Shown: positions 29,594-41,234 of the stretch, piece by piece | Position numbering within the stretch: the stretch's first letter is position 1 | How the letters are laid out: each line of letters opens with the position of its first letter | Source of the DNA: an uncultured Gammaproteobacteria bacterium | GTDB taxonomy: Bacteria; Patescibacteriota; Microgenomatia; Levybacterales; UBA12049 | Assembly: GCA_964515545.1 (NCBI GenBank) | Contig: CAZERI010000001.1 | Coordinates: 69,625-133,624 of the forward strand | Reading direction: 5' to 3' | DNA: 64,000 nucleotides | Notes under the pieces: model-generated | Told to the model about the DNA's origin: nothing | What the model saw: the letters and a program-made list of their open reading frames with translations, nothing else | The model's database searches: none | Made by a program: the position numbers and the translations under genes

Positions 29594-31117
29594 TTAGGAC
29601 AATGTGTTTTTAGAGCGATATTGGAGCGCTTCTGCAATATGAGAAGGAAGAATCGCTTCCGATCCAGCCAGGTCTGCAATAGTCCTCGCTACTTTAATCG
29701 TTCTGCTGTAGGCTCTGCCTGAGAGATGGAGAGTGCTTACTGCCCTCGTCAGAAGATCGACAGAGTCAGAAGAGAGAGGACAATACTTTTTGAGATCCTT
29801 GTTATTTAATTCAGAGTTACTGATAATCTTACTTCCCATATAACGGTCTGTCTGGGTATTGCGAGCCTTTTGTACTCTTTGTCGGATTGTTGCTGAATTC
29901 TCACTGGATACATCATGACTCTCAACTAATTTCTCAACTTTAACAGCTGGAACTTCAAGATGGATATCGATGCGGTCAAGAAGAGGTCCGGAGATTTTTT
30001 TATGATATCTACTTATTTGGGAAGGGCTACAGATGCATTCTTTAAGGGTGTCTCCTAAAAATCCGCAAGGACATGGATTTTGGGCAGCAATCAGCATGCA
30101 TTTTGCAGGAAAAGAAACTTTACTTTGCGCTCTGGCGATATGGACAATCCCATCTTCAATTGGCTGTCGAAGCGTTTCAAGAACACTCCTTGGGAATTCA
30201 GGAAATTCATCCAAGAAGAGAACTCCTCTGTGGGCAAGCGTAATCTCGCCTGGACGGGGATTGCTACTCCCACCAATCAGACCGACCAGGGAAGTAGTGT
30301 GATGAGGAGAGCGGAATGGCCGGGCGCGTACGAGTCCTTGAGAAGGTAGCATGCCAGCGATACTATAAATTTTTGTTACCTCTACGGCTTCCTGGAAAGT
30401 GAGAGTAGGAAGAATAGAAGGAAGAGTGCGTGCAAGAAGCGTCTTGCCAGCACCAGGTGGTCCTTTCATAAGGATGTTATGCCCTCCAGCTGCTGCTATC
30501 TCTAAGGCTCTTTTGGCTTGGTGCTGACCTTTAATATCAGCCATATCAAAGTCAAAAAGTTCTTCTTCAAAGGAAGAGGGGACTCGTGTATAGGGCAGTA
30601 CTTCTTTCTCTTTACTCAGATGCTTAAAGAGAGAGAGGAGGGTTGGGAAAGCAAAGATGGTAATGGAATCAATACAGGATGCTTCATACGCATTGTCTTC
30701 TGGAACAAAAAAAGCTTTGAAGCCATGATCGCGGGCAAGAATTGCTTGAGACAAGATGCCTGTAACTGGCCGAATTCGTCCATCAAGCGCAAGTTCTCCT
30801 GACACTAAAATTTTTGAGATGTCTATTTGCAACTGCCCTGATCCCAGTAAAATTCCAAGTGCAATTGGGAGATCGTAAGAGGGACCTTCTTTAGGTAGAT
30901 CAGCCGGAGCTAGATTAACAGTTATTCGTCTTGCGGGGAAATCCGCACCGCTATTACGAATAGCAGATCTAACGCGTTCTTTAGCCTCCTCAACAGCTTT
31001 ATCGGGAAGGCCGACAATCGTAAAGCTGGGAAGACCTTGAGAAGCGATATCTACTTCAACTTCTATAGCTACAGCATCCAGGCCGACAATCGCACAAGAT
31101 GCAACCTTAGCCACCAT
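29594..31117 (-). CDS. comM: YifB/ComM family Mg-chelatase-like AAA+ ATPase
   Basis: N-terminal Lon-like domain (MVAKVASCAIVGLDAVAIEVEVD). Walker A GPPGAGKT. C-terminal Mg-chelatase domain. Confidence 0.85.
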   Translation of the reverse strand: MVAKVASCAIVGLDAVAIEVEVDIASQGLPSFTIVGLPDKAVEEAKERVRSAIRNSGADFPARRITVNLAPADLPKEGPSYDLPIALGILLGSGQLQIDISKILVSGELALDGRIRPVTGILSQAILARDHGFKAFFVPEDNAYEASCIDSITIFAFPTLLSLFKHLSKEKEVLPYTRVPSSFEEELFDFDMADIKGQHQAKRALEIAAAGGHNILMKGPPGAGKTLLARTLPSILPTLTFQEAVEVTKIYSIAGMLPSQGLVRARPFRSPHHTTSLVGLIGGSSNPRPGEITLAHRGVLFLDEFPEFPRSVLETLRQPIEDGIVHIARAQSKVSFPAKCMLIAAQNPCPCGFLGDTLKECICSPSQISRYHKKISGPLLDRIDIHLEVPAVKVEKLVESHDVSSENSATIRQRVQKARNTQTDRYMGSKIISNSELNNKDLKKYCPLSSDSVDLLTRAVSTLHLSGRAYSRTIKVARTIADLAGSEAILPSHIAEALQYRSKNTLS

Positions 31118-31196
31118 AAATCCATAATAACACTGTTGAGCTTGATGTAAAGAGAGAATCGTATGAAGGATAGATCGTTTTTGCTACAATACAGGT

Positions 31197-33844
<2,648 letters not shown>

Positions 33845-33845
33845 T

Positions 33846-33873
33846 TTGACAATTTTTAGCTTTGAGGTATAAT
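33846..33873 (+). promoter_or_regulatory. consensus sigma70 promoter TTGACA-16-TATAAT driving the T-box leader
   Basis: Exact consensus hexamers at 33846-33851 and 33868-33873. Confidence 0.55.
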
Positions 33874-33879
33874 AAACAT

Positions 33880-34208
33880 AGCGTTGATCCGGAATTTTGG
33901 AACCGGGGAGTAATAGCAAAATACATCACATCAAACGTGATTGGAATAATGCACGGAGGCGAAACCGATAAAGTCTGCAACGTGAATTGTCTCGAAAGAG
34001 AATTACGCACGTCAAGGAATAAGGTTTTCTTATAGACGTGCTCCCTAAAGGAGCATTTTTTATGCCTTCCTTCGCATACAGCTACGGAAGGGTTAAATAA
34101 GAAAATAAAGCAAGGTGGCACCGTCCTTCGGTGAACTCAGGATAAACCTAGTTTGAGAGGGCCCTTGTGAGATCACGACTCGTTTTGTGGTTTCACAAGG
34201 GCTTTTTT
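33880..34208 (+). promoter_or_regulatory. T-box riboswitch leader, Trp-specific: specifier loop with UGG-A (33898-33901), T-box core GGUGGCACCG (34114-34123) with a UGGC bulge, antiterminator/terminator switch
   Basis: Hairpin CCGG-AAUUUUGGAA-CCGG exposes UGG followed by A. AAGCAAGGUGGCACCGUC resembles the T-box consensus AAUUAGGGUGGNACCGCG. The CAAGG/CCUUG helix flanking the 7-nt bulge overlaps the terminator 5' arm. Confidence 0.6.
34161..34208 (+). terminator. intrinsic terminator of the T-box leader (GCCCUUGUGA...UCACAAGGGC + U6)
   Basis: 10-bp stem plus a run of six T at 34203-34208. Confidence 0.55.
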
Positions 34209-34320
34209 AATGCCCTCAGAGGAGATGAGGTGAGGACACTAAGCGTCCAAAACCGCGTTGAATCTGTCGCACATTTTATGAGGAGGATAGAGCACAGCTC
34301 TATCTTAACAGGAGAAAAAA

Positions 34321-34614
34321 ATGCTAACTGTCAGCTTTGGGCATGAAGAGATTTCAGTCACGGGAATCAGTGTCGAGGATTTTTCGCAACCTACTCCCTA
34401 CGTTCTGTGCTCACAGGACGGACGGATACAAGGTGTCGATTCCGAGACCGAACACTACCTGAAGGCACATCGTCGCGTTTTCATCACGCTTGATGAACAA
34501 GACGGGAGAGTCTTTCTCGCCAATGCTCACCTATTTCGTGGCGTATTGTATTGTACGCCAGCTCCGTTGACATTCGTACCAGAACCAACTGATGGCTGTC
34601 TTTGGCAAAGCTAG
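34321..34614 (+). CDS. small hypothetical protein (97 aa) downstream of the T-box, with a good SD (AGGAG 8 nt upstream)
   Basis: ORF plus RBS. GC content higher than surroundings. No recognisable domain. Confidence 0.4.
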   Translation: MLTVSFGHEEISVTGISVEDFSQPTPYVLCSQDGRIQGVDSETEHYLKAHRRVFITLDEQDGRVFLANAHLFRGVLYCTPAPLTFVPEPTDGCLWQS

Positions 34615-34700
34615 CAACTGGATCTGCCGGGGAAATGCCCGGCAGATCAGATTCTATCCTCCTCATTTTTAAAGCGGTAGTATATAATGCAAACAATAAT

Positions 34701-35687
34701 ATGAAGAAAAAAGTGTATTCAGGAATACGGGCAACCGGAAGGCTCCATCTAGGCAACTATATGGGAGCTGTTAAGGGGATGCTTGCGGTACAAGACGAGT
34801 ATGACTGCGTCTTTTCTGTCGTGGACTTACACGCGATCACCACTCCTTATGATAAAGATACGCTTTCTGAGGCAACCCGCAGTGTTATCCTTGACTACTT
34901 AGCTGCAGGACTTGATCCAGAAAAATGTTTGATTGAGGTACAGTCACTCGTCCCTGAGCATATGGAACTGGCCTACTATTTAGGTACGATTTACCCAGTC
35001 AGTCGCCTCGAGGATCTTCCTACCTATAAAGATAAAAAAGCTCAGCATCCAGAATACATCAACATGGGACTTTTATATTACCCAATCCTTATGGCTGCTG
35101 ACATCATGCTTTATAAAGGTGAGTTAGTGCCAGTTGGTATTGATCAGGAACCCCATTTAGAGGTTACCCGTGAGATTGCCAGGAAGTTTAACCGAATGTT
35201 CGGCGAGACTTTTCCTGAGCCAAAACGATTTAAAACAGTTGGAGAGTATGTGCCATCCCTTACAGGAGAGGGGAAAATGAGTAAGTCAGTTGAAGGGAGT
35301 TTTATTAACTTAACGGATTCTCTAGATGAGATTAAAGGAAAGCTTGCAAAAGTTCCAACAGATAGTGGACAAATCGGCGGACAAATTCCTCAAGTGGGAG
35401 GAGTAGCTAATCTATTTACCCTTATGTATCTTTTCGGCGGTAAGGAGTTACATCACAACTATGTCATTGACTATAAAGACAAGAAGATCAGATATAGTGA
35501 CATGAAGGCGGAATTAGCGGAGGTAATATATAAAGAATTAGCACCTATCCAAGAAAAACGGAAGTATTATGAAGACCATCCTGAGATTGTGGATCAGATA
35601 CTTCGTGAACACACCGATCGTTGCCGAGCCCAAGCACAGCTTGTCATCCGTGAAGTTAAGAGTAAAATGGGCTTTTTTAGTTTGTAA
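34701..35687 (+). CDS. trpS: tryptophan--tRNA ligase
   Basis: MKKKVYSGIRATGRLHLGNYMGA (HIGH-type) and KMSKS. TATAAT at 34683-34688. The start at MKKKV is preferred over the upstream in-frame start of the ORF track. Confidence 0.9.
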   Translation: MKKKVYSGIRATGRLHLGNYMGAVKGMLAVQDEYDCVFSVVDLHAITTPYDKDTLSEATRSVILDYLAAGLDPEKCLIEVQSLVPEHMELAYYLGTIYPVSRLEDLPTYKDKKAQHPEYINMGLLYYPILMAADIMLYKGELVPVGIDQEPHLEVTREIARKFNRMFGETFPEPKRFKTVGEYVPSLTGEGKMSKSVEGSFINLTDSLDEIKGKLAKVPTDSGQIGGQIPQVGGVANLFTLMYLFGGKELHHNYVIDYKDKKIRYSDMKAELAEVIYKELAPIQEKRKYYEDHPEIVDQILREHTDRCRAQAQLVIREVKSKMGFFSL

Positions 35688-35693
35688 TTCTTC

Positions 35694-36509
35694 ATGGATG
35701 TAACCCCTGAGCATATTTTTCAATTTCAAGAAAAGATTCTTACCTGGTATAGCCACAACAAGCGTGATTTGCCTTGGCGAAAGACCAGGAACCCTTATCA
35801 CATTCTTATCTCTGAGGTGATGTCGCAGCAGACACAGCTTGCTCGGGTAATTCCAAAATATGAAGCCTGGATTACGAAGTTCTCACGAGTAGATGAGCTG
35901 GCTAATGCAGCTACCAGCGATGTGTTGCGGATGTGGTCGGGGCTTGGCTATAACAGAAGAGCTCTTAATCTGCAGAAAACAGCGCAAGTTATTGTGAAAG
36001 AGTATGGAGGAGTGTTCCCAAAAGAGGTCGAAGAGTTGGTTAAACTCCCCGGATTAGGAAAATATACAGCCTCAGCGGTGGCCTGCTTTGCTTTTGATGT
36101 CCAGATCCCAGTAATTGACACCAATATTCGTAAAGTCATTACCCATGAATTCTTTCAAGGAGTATTGCCAGAGGAGAAGATGATTGAAAAAATAGCACTC
36201 CATATTCTTCCGTTAGGCAAGGCTTATGAGTGGAATCAAGCGTTAATGGACTATAGCGCTCTTATGATGAAAGGTAAAAAAATTCCTGTTCCTAAACAAT
36301 CCCACTTCCTAAGTTCTAATAGGTATTATAGGGGACAGACAATAAAGCTTTTACTGAGCGTGTCTGAGATATCTCTTTCAGGGCTCTGGGATTTTTTCGA
36401 TGAGCGAAATCCAATTGAGAGAGGAAGGCTAGAAGAGCTCTTATTATCGATGGAGAAGGATGGTCTTATTATTGTAAGGAAAGGGAGAATTTCTCTGCCA
36501 GCAGGGTAA
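35694..36509 (+). CDS. HhH-GPD DNA glycosylase, MutY-like catalytic domain, lacking the 4Fe-4S cluster loop and the C-terminal NUDIX-like domain
   Basis: SEVMSQQTQ (MutY-type), HhH LPGLGKYTASAVACFAF, catalytic Asp in PVIDTNIRKV. No Cys cluster. Confidence 0.7.
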   Translation: MDVTPEHIFQFQEKILTWYSHNKRDLPWRKTRNPYHILISEVMSQQTQLARVIPKYEAWITKFSRVDELANAATSDVLRMWSGLGYNRRALNLQKTAQVIVKEYGGVFPKEVEELVKLPGLGKYTASAVACFAFDVQIPVIDTNIRKVITHEFFQGVLPEEKMIEKIALHILPLGKAYEWNQALMDYSALMMKGKKIPVPKQSHFLSSNRYYRGQTIKLLLSVSEISLSGLWDFFDERNPIERGRLEELLLSMEKDGLIIVRKGRISLPAG

Positions 36510-36561
36510 GCTGGCTGACAGAAACTATAAGGTAATAAGGGCTAGCATCAGGATACATTAT

Positions 36562-38466
36562 TTGCTATACTCGATGGATTCTATGGCTTCAAATGGCAGG
36601 AAAAATACCTCAGGTAAAAAAAATAAGATTGTTAAGTTCAAGGTAAAATCATCTTGGAAAAACATTCTCCTCTATGGGTTTTTGATCGTTTTGGGCCTCC
36701 TCATCATTGGTGCTTTTAGTACTCCTTATAGCAACGCAAAGACAGTAGCGGTCTCAGACATTATTAACAATGTTAAGAAAGGTAATATTACCCAAATTGT
36801 TGTTGATGGAGATAAGCTGGTAGCAACTGAAAAAAATGGTACACAAATTGAAGCGTACAAAGAATCTTCTGCTGATGTCTATTCTCTTTTTAATAACGCC
36901 GGAGCTTCTCTAAAAGATAAAAATATTAAAGTAGTCGTCAAAGATCTCTCAACCATGAGTGGCTGGGTTAATTTAATCGGTGCAGTTTTGCCAGTTCTTC
37001 TGATGGTAGGCTTTTTCTATTTTATTTTTCGCCAGGCACGAGGAACTCAGGAAAGTATTTTTTCTTTTGGCCAATCCAAAGCCAAGCTTTATAACAAAGA
37101 TACCCCCAAGGTGACATTTAATGATGTGGCGGGCGTAGATGAGGCGAAGCAGGAGCTAACTGAAATTGTCGATTTCCTGCGCAATCCTCAGAAATATAAA
37201 GCGATTGGTGCACGAACGCCTAAAGGAGTTCTGATGATTGGTCCGGCAGGAACAGGTAAGACGCTTCTAGCCCGCGCAACAGCAGGAGAGGCAAATGTAA
37301 CGTTTTTCAGCATGGCAGGTTCAGAATTTATGGAGATGCTAGTTGGAGTGGGAGCCAGCCGTGTTCGCGATCTTTTTAATACAGCAAAGAAAGCACAGCC
37401 TGCCATTATTTTTATCGATGAAATCGATGCTATTGGCCGTCAGCGTGGTATGGGACTTATGGGAGGGCATGACGAAAGAGAGCAGACGCTGAATCAGATC
37501 TTAGTTGAGATGGATGGGTTTACTCCTAATGAGCAGATTATTGTTATGGCAGCGACTAATAGACCTGATGTCTTGGATCCAGCGCTCGTTCGTCCAGGCA
37601 GGTTTGACCGTCGAGTAAGTCTGGAGTTGCCTGATGTCGAAGGGAGAAAAGATATTCTTATGATTCATGCGAAAGGCAAGCCGTTTGAGAAAGAAGTTAA
37701 TTGGGACAAGGTTGCCAAGAGAACAGTAGGCTTTTCTGGAGCGGACTTGGAAAATATGCTTAATGAGGCAGCAATTCTTGCAGCACGGCTTAATAAAAAG
37801 GCAATTGATATGGATGATCTGGAGGAAGCAGCTACGAAGGTGAAATTAGGCCCTGAGAAGAAACGTCTTCAGTCAGATGAGGATCGTCGGATGACTGCAT
37901 ACCACGAAGCAGGGCATGCGCTGGTTTCCTGGCAGATGCCTCATATGGATCCAGTGCACAGAATCTCCATTGTCTCTCGCGGAATGAGTCTGGGGCACAC
38001 AATGATGGAGAACATTGATAGGGTACACGAGACCAAGTCCCGTCTTATCGAGCAGATTGCAGTCATGATGGGAGGACGTGCTGCTGAAGATATGATCTTT
38101 GGTGAGGTAACAACCGGTGCATCAAATGATATCGAGAAAGCAACTCAAGTAGCACGAGCTATGGTCATGAAGTTTGGGATGTCAGATCTAGGGCCACTAA
38201 CACTAGAAATTGAGAAATCTTCTCCCTATGAAGAAGGAGAGCTCTCAGATGAGATGAGGGCGAATATAGATCGTGAAGTGAGTAAAATCATAGATGCAGG
38301 ATACAAATCAGCTGTCACGGTGCTTAAGAGTCTCCATGATAAATTGGATATGATTGCCGAAGAGCTTCTTAAACAAGAGACACTGGATGCAGAAGACTTC
38401 ATTAAACTCATTGGACCTAAAGTTCAGCCAGCTGCTGTTACCGCAAAAAGTCGAAAAAGTAGGTAG
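36562..38466 (+). CDS. ftsH: ATP-dependent zinc metalloprotease FtsH
   Basis: Two N-terminal TM helices. [13 protein letters not shown] Walker A. SRH. HEAGHAL zinc motif. Confidence 0.9.
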   Translation: MLYSMDSMASNGRKNTSGKKNKIVKFKVKSSWKNILLYGFLIVLGLLIIGAFSTPYSNAKTVAVSDIINNVKKGNITQIVVDGDKLVATEKNGTQIEAYKESSADVYSLFNNAGASLKDKNIKVVVKDLSTMSGWVNLIGAVLPVLLMVGFFYFIFRQARGTQESIFSFGQSKAKLYNKDTPKVTFNDVAGVDEAKQELTEIVDFLRNPQKYKAIGARTPKGVLMIGPAGTGKTLLARATAGEANVTFFSMAGSEFMEMLVGVGASRVRDLFNTAKKAQPAIIFIDEIDAIGRQRGMGLMGGHDEREQTLNQILVEMDGFTPNEQIIVMAATNRPDVLDPALVRPGRFDRRVSLELPDVEGRKDILMIHAKGKPFEKEVNWDKVAKRTVGFSGADLENMLNEAAILAARLNKKAIDMDDLEEAATKVKLGPEKKRLQSDEDRRMTAYHEAGHALVSWQMPHMDPVHRISIVSRGMSLGHTMMENIDRVHETKSRLIEQIAVMMGGRAAEDMIFGEVTTGASNDIEKATQVARAMVMKFGMSDLGPLTLEIEKSSPYEEGELSDEMRANIDREVSKIIDAGYKSAVTVLKSLHDKLDMIAEELLKQETLDAEDFIKLIGPKVQPAAVTAKSRKSR

Positions 38467-38495
38467 GACCTCTATGCTACAATGACAATATCTTC

Positions 38496-39425
38496 ATGAA
38501 AAAACTCGTTCTCATTGACGGCTCCGCACTTTTGCATCGTGCCTTTCATGCCATGCCAGGTCTTACTAATAGTAACGGTCAGATAGTCAATGCAGTGTAT
38601 GGCTTTTTCTCCATGTTTTTAGGAGTTTTGCATGATCAGAATCCTGACTATATCGTCGTTGCTTTTGATCGTTCTAAGCCTACAATAAGACAAGCAATGT
38701 TCGCTGGGTATCATGAGCATCGTCCGCCTATGGACAGCTCTCTCTCAGATCAGGTAGGGCTTATCGATGAACTTCTTGAAAAAATGAAGGTAAAAGTTGT
38801 CTCAAGTGATGGATATGAGGGTGATGATGTCATAGGTACATTTGCCCATCAGGCGGTAGCATTAGATCCTGAAATGGAGGTAGTTATCGTAACGGGGGAT
38901 CGCGATATGCTTCAGTTAGTTACCAGTCAGACGAAAGTCCTTATGCTTATTACTGGTATGACGAAGACAGCTCTCTTTGATGAAGCACTTGTGGAGGAGA
39001 AATACGGGGTAAAGTCTTCTCAATTTATTGATTATAAGGCGCTCATTGGAGATGCATCTGATGGTTATCCAGGTATTACAGGGATTGGTCCAAAGACTGC
39101 AGCAAGTCTTCTGAGGGAATATGGAACATTTGAGGCGTTGTATGAAAAGATCAGTAGTCTCCCGGAAAAAACTGCTTTAAAGTTAGCAACAGATGCTGAG
39201 CAGGGAGCTCTCGCCAAAAAACTGGCAACCATTATCACCGATGCCCCTGTCCACCTGCGTTTAGAGGAATGTAGGGTAAGTGATCTGGACATTGAGGGAG
39301 TACGAGCTGGCTTTGAGAGCCATAGTTTTAAGAGCCTTATAACCAGGCTTGATGCGAGATATCCGCGGACACCAAAATCCAGTAAAAAAACGCCTGAAGA
39401 TAACGGGCAGATGGGACTCCTATGA
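38496..39425 (+). CDS. standalone 5'-3' exonuclease / flap endonuclease (Pol I N-terminal domain homolog)
   Basis: MKKLVLIDGSALLHRAFHA... acidic metal-binding residues. H3TH region. Confidence 0.8.
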   Translation: MKKLVLIDGSALLHRAFHAMPGLTNSNGQIVNAVYGFFSMFLGVLHDQNPDYIVVAFDRSKPTIRQAMFAGYHEHRPPMDSSLSDQVGLIDELLEKMKVKVVSSDGYEGDDVIGTFAHQAVALDPEMEVVIVTGDRDMLQLVTSQTKVLMLITGMTKTALFDEALVEEKYGVKSSQFIDYKALIGDASDGYPGITGIGPKTAASLLREYGTFEALYEKISSLPEKTALKLATDAEQGALAKKLATIITDAPVHLRLEECRVSDLDIEGVRAGFESHSFKSLITRLDARYPRTPKSSKKTPEDNGQMGLL

Positions 39426-40549
39426 GAGTAGCCTTAGTGCATGATTATATTAAGGAATATGGGGGGGCAGAAAGAGTCTTAGAGGCTCTCCACGAGGCCT
39501 TTCCTCAAGCAGATGTCTACACCACAGTCTATTTGCCTTCCTATTTAGGCCCACACAGAGAGCGATTCAAGGATTGGAAGATTCATACGAGCTTTCTTAA
39601 TTATATTCCTGGCAAAGCTAAACTGATCAGTCCTTTTCGCCTCTTATCACCCTTAGCATTCAGGTCGTTTGATCTCTCGAAATATGACGTTATTATCACT
39701 TCAGCAACAGGTGCTTATTTCCCCAATACTCTCCATAAGAAAAAGGCAAAACTTATTTGTTACTGTCATACACCCCCTCGTTATCTCTATGGCTATGCTA
39801 CTGCCAGAGAATGGAAGAAAAATACCTTTTTGAAGATAGTAGGAGAGACAGCTAATCATTTTTTGCGAATTGTTGATTTTAATGCCTCTCAAAATGTTGA
39901 TCAGTATATAGCCAATTCTGAGGAAGTAAGGGCGCGTATCCAGAAGTTTTATCGTAAAGACGCAAAGGTTATTTATCCTCCAGTTGAGGTAGATAAAAGA
40001 GATAATAAAGCAGTAAAGCGAAGTTATTACCTCACCGGAGGTAGGCTCGCGCGGGCTAAGCATGTCGATCTTATTGTCAAAGCATGTCGTGAGTTGGAAC
40101 TCCCTCTTAAAGTCTTTGGTAAGGCTTTTGCGGGTTATGGGGAGGAATTACAGCAAATGGCAAATGGCAAATGGCAAATAGTAAATGGAGAAAAAAAACC
40201 ATTGATTGAGTTTGTGGGGGAAGTATCAGATAAAGAAAAACTGGATTTGATGCGGGGAGCTAAAGCCTTTCTCTTTGCCTCAGAGGATGAGGATTTTGGC
40301 ATCACACCAGTGGAGGCGATGGGGCAAGGAACACCGGTTATTGCCTATCGTTCAGGTGGAGTGAAAGAGACTGTGGTTGAAAATAAAACAGGCCTTTTTT
40401 TTGATCAGCTTTCGGTAGAAAGCTTGAAAGAGCAGCTTAAAGTATTTAGCAGAAAAAGTCTAAAAGCAGAAGATTGTGAGAAGAGGGCGAAAGATTTCTC
40501 CAAAGAAAAGTTCCTTAAATCAATTACTTCTTTTATCAACTCCCTCTAA
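39422..40549 (+). CDS. glycosyltransferase family 4 (GT-B, retaining)
   Basis: N-terminal MRVALVHDYIKEYGGAERV. C-terminal EX7E motif EDFGITPVEAMGQGTPVIAY. ATGA overlap with the exonuclease gene. Confidence 0.8.
   Translation: MRVALVHDYIKEYGGAERVLEALHEAFPQADVYTTVYLPSYLGPHRERFKDWKIHTSFLNYIPGKAKLISPFRLLSPLAFRSFDLSKYDVIITSATGAYFPNTLHKKKAKLICYCHTPPRYLYGYATAREWKKNTFLKIVGETANHFLRIVDFNASQNVDQYIANSEEVRARIQKFYRKDAKVIYPPVEVDKRDNKAVKRSYYLTGGRLARAKHVDLIVKACRELELPLKVFGKAFAGYGEELQQMANGKWQIVNGEKKPLIEFVGEVSDKEKLDLMRGAKAFLFASEDEDFGITPVEAMGQGTPVIAYRSGGVKETVVENKTGLFFDQLSVESLKEQLKVFSRKSLKAEDCEKRAKDFSKEKFLKSITSFINSL
40155..40189 (+). repeat. heptanucleotide tandem repeat (AAATGGC)x3 plus two degenerate units, followed by an A8 tract (40191-40198), inside the GT4 coding sequence
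   Basis: Units at 40155-61, 40162-68, 40169-75 (perfect); 40176-82 AAATAGT; 40183-89 AAATGGA. Confidence 0.6.
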
Positions 40550-40553
40550 AATA

Positions 40554-40573
40554 GGAGGGCGCGTTCACCCTCC
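40554..40573 (-). terminator. GC-rich hairpin GGAGGG-CGCGTTCA-CCCTCC followed on the minus strand by UAUUUUA; probable terminator of minus-strand transcript(s) from the GC-rich island
   Basis: 6-bp stem read from the sequence. A U-rich tract only on the minus-strand side. Confidence 0.4.
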
Positions 40574-40622
40574 AGAAGGTGAGCAAACGCGCCGAAAATT
40601 TCGTATCAGATGACCTGCTTCG

Positions 40623-40808
40623 TTACTGCGGAGCACATTGCGGACAGCGTCCGCTGCCCCGACTGTGGGTGGGACACACCCTCCGCGTGCACTTGGGAGA
40701 GTGACATTCATATCCCGGGTTTTTGCACCCGGAGACGCAGCATCTCGCCTCGTAAGCCTTTCGGATCGCCTTACGTTCAGTGGAACTATAGCGCTTTGAT
40801 TTGGCCAC
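40623..40808 (-). CDS. small basic Cys-rich (zinc-ribbon-like) ORF, 61 aa, within the GC-rich island
   Basis: MAKSKRYSSTERKAIRKAYEARCCVSGCKNPGYECHSPKCTRRVCPTHSRGSGRCPQCAPQ: four Cys pairs. Could be a chance ORF of GC-rich DNA. Confidence 0.3.
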   Translation of the reverse strand: MAKSKRYSSTERKAIRKAYEARCCVSGCKNPGYECHSPKCTRRVCPTHSRGSGRCPQCAPQ

Positions 40809-41008
40809 AGTAGGCTCCTCTCATGGGTAGGATCGTGGTACGACCTGTACCCTTCTAAGGAGATATCTCCTCACAAGGGTACAGATACATACCTCTGATA
40901 TGAAATAAAAGTTCTCAATTAAAAAGACCATCAGGCAATTCTGGAGGTTTTCAAATTGATGGGAAGATTGTAACAGAAGAGGTAAGAGAGAGTAAAGATG
41001 CTATAGGA

Positions 41009-41234
41009 TGGGTTTGCGCCTCCCCGACAACGTTGTCGGGGAGGACGCTCGCCTGTGTGAACTCAGTGGGTGGGCTGCGCTGCAGCCCTTTCTTCGGTTG
41101 TCGGCATCCGTTGAATGGGGCAGAGCCCCAATCGGACGCGGGCTGCGTCCAGACGCTTTTCGATGGCTTCCCGCTCCCCGGGGAGCCAATTGCGTCCGTC
41201 GCGGAGCATCCGCGTAAGGACGATCGGATCGTCC
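41009..41234. repeat. cluster of six perfect GC-rich palindromes/hairpins (26, 17, 17, 12, 15 and 17 nt)
   Basis: CCTCCCCGACAACGTTGTCGGGGAGG (41009-41034); GGGCTGCGCTGCAGCCC (41062-78); GGACGCGGGCTGCGTCC (41144-60); CTCCCCGGGGAG (41174-85); CGCGGAGCATCCGCG (41200-14); GGACGATCGGATCGTCC (41218-34). Confidence 0.6.

Noticed and set aside
33874-34320. Considered tmRNA, RNase P RNA or SRP RNA for the structured tgt-trpS spacer
   Set aside because: No tRNA-like acceptor/T-arm termini, no RNase P P4 motif (AAGUCCGG), and the tag-like mini-ORF lacks an ALAA-type ending. T-box features (UGG-A specifier, GGUGGCACCG, antiterminator/terminator) explain the structure better.
34620-34645. Perfect hairpin ATCTGCCGGG-GAAAT-GCCCGGCAGAT after the 97-aa ORF considered as an intrinsic terminator
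   Set aside because: No U-tract immediately 3' (the T run is about 20 nt away). More likely an mRNA-stabilising or processing hairpin; read-through into trpS remains possible.
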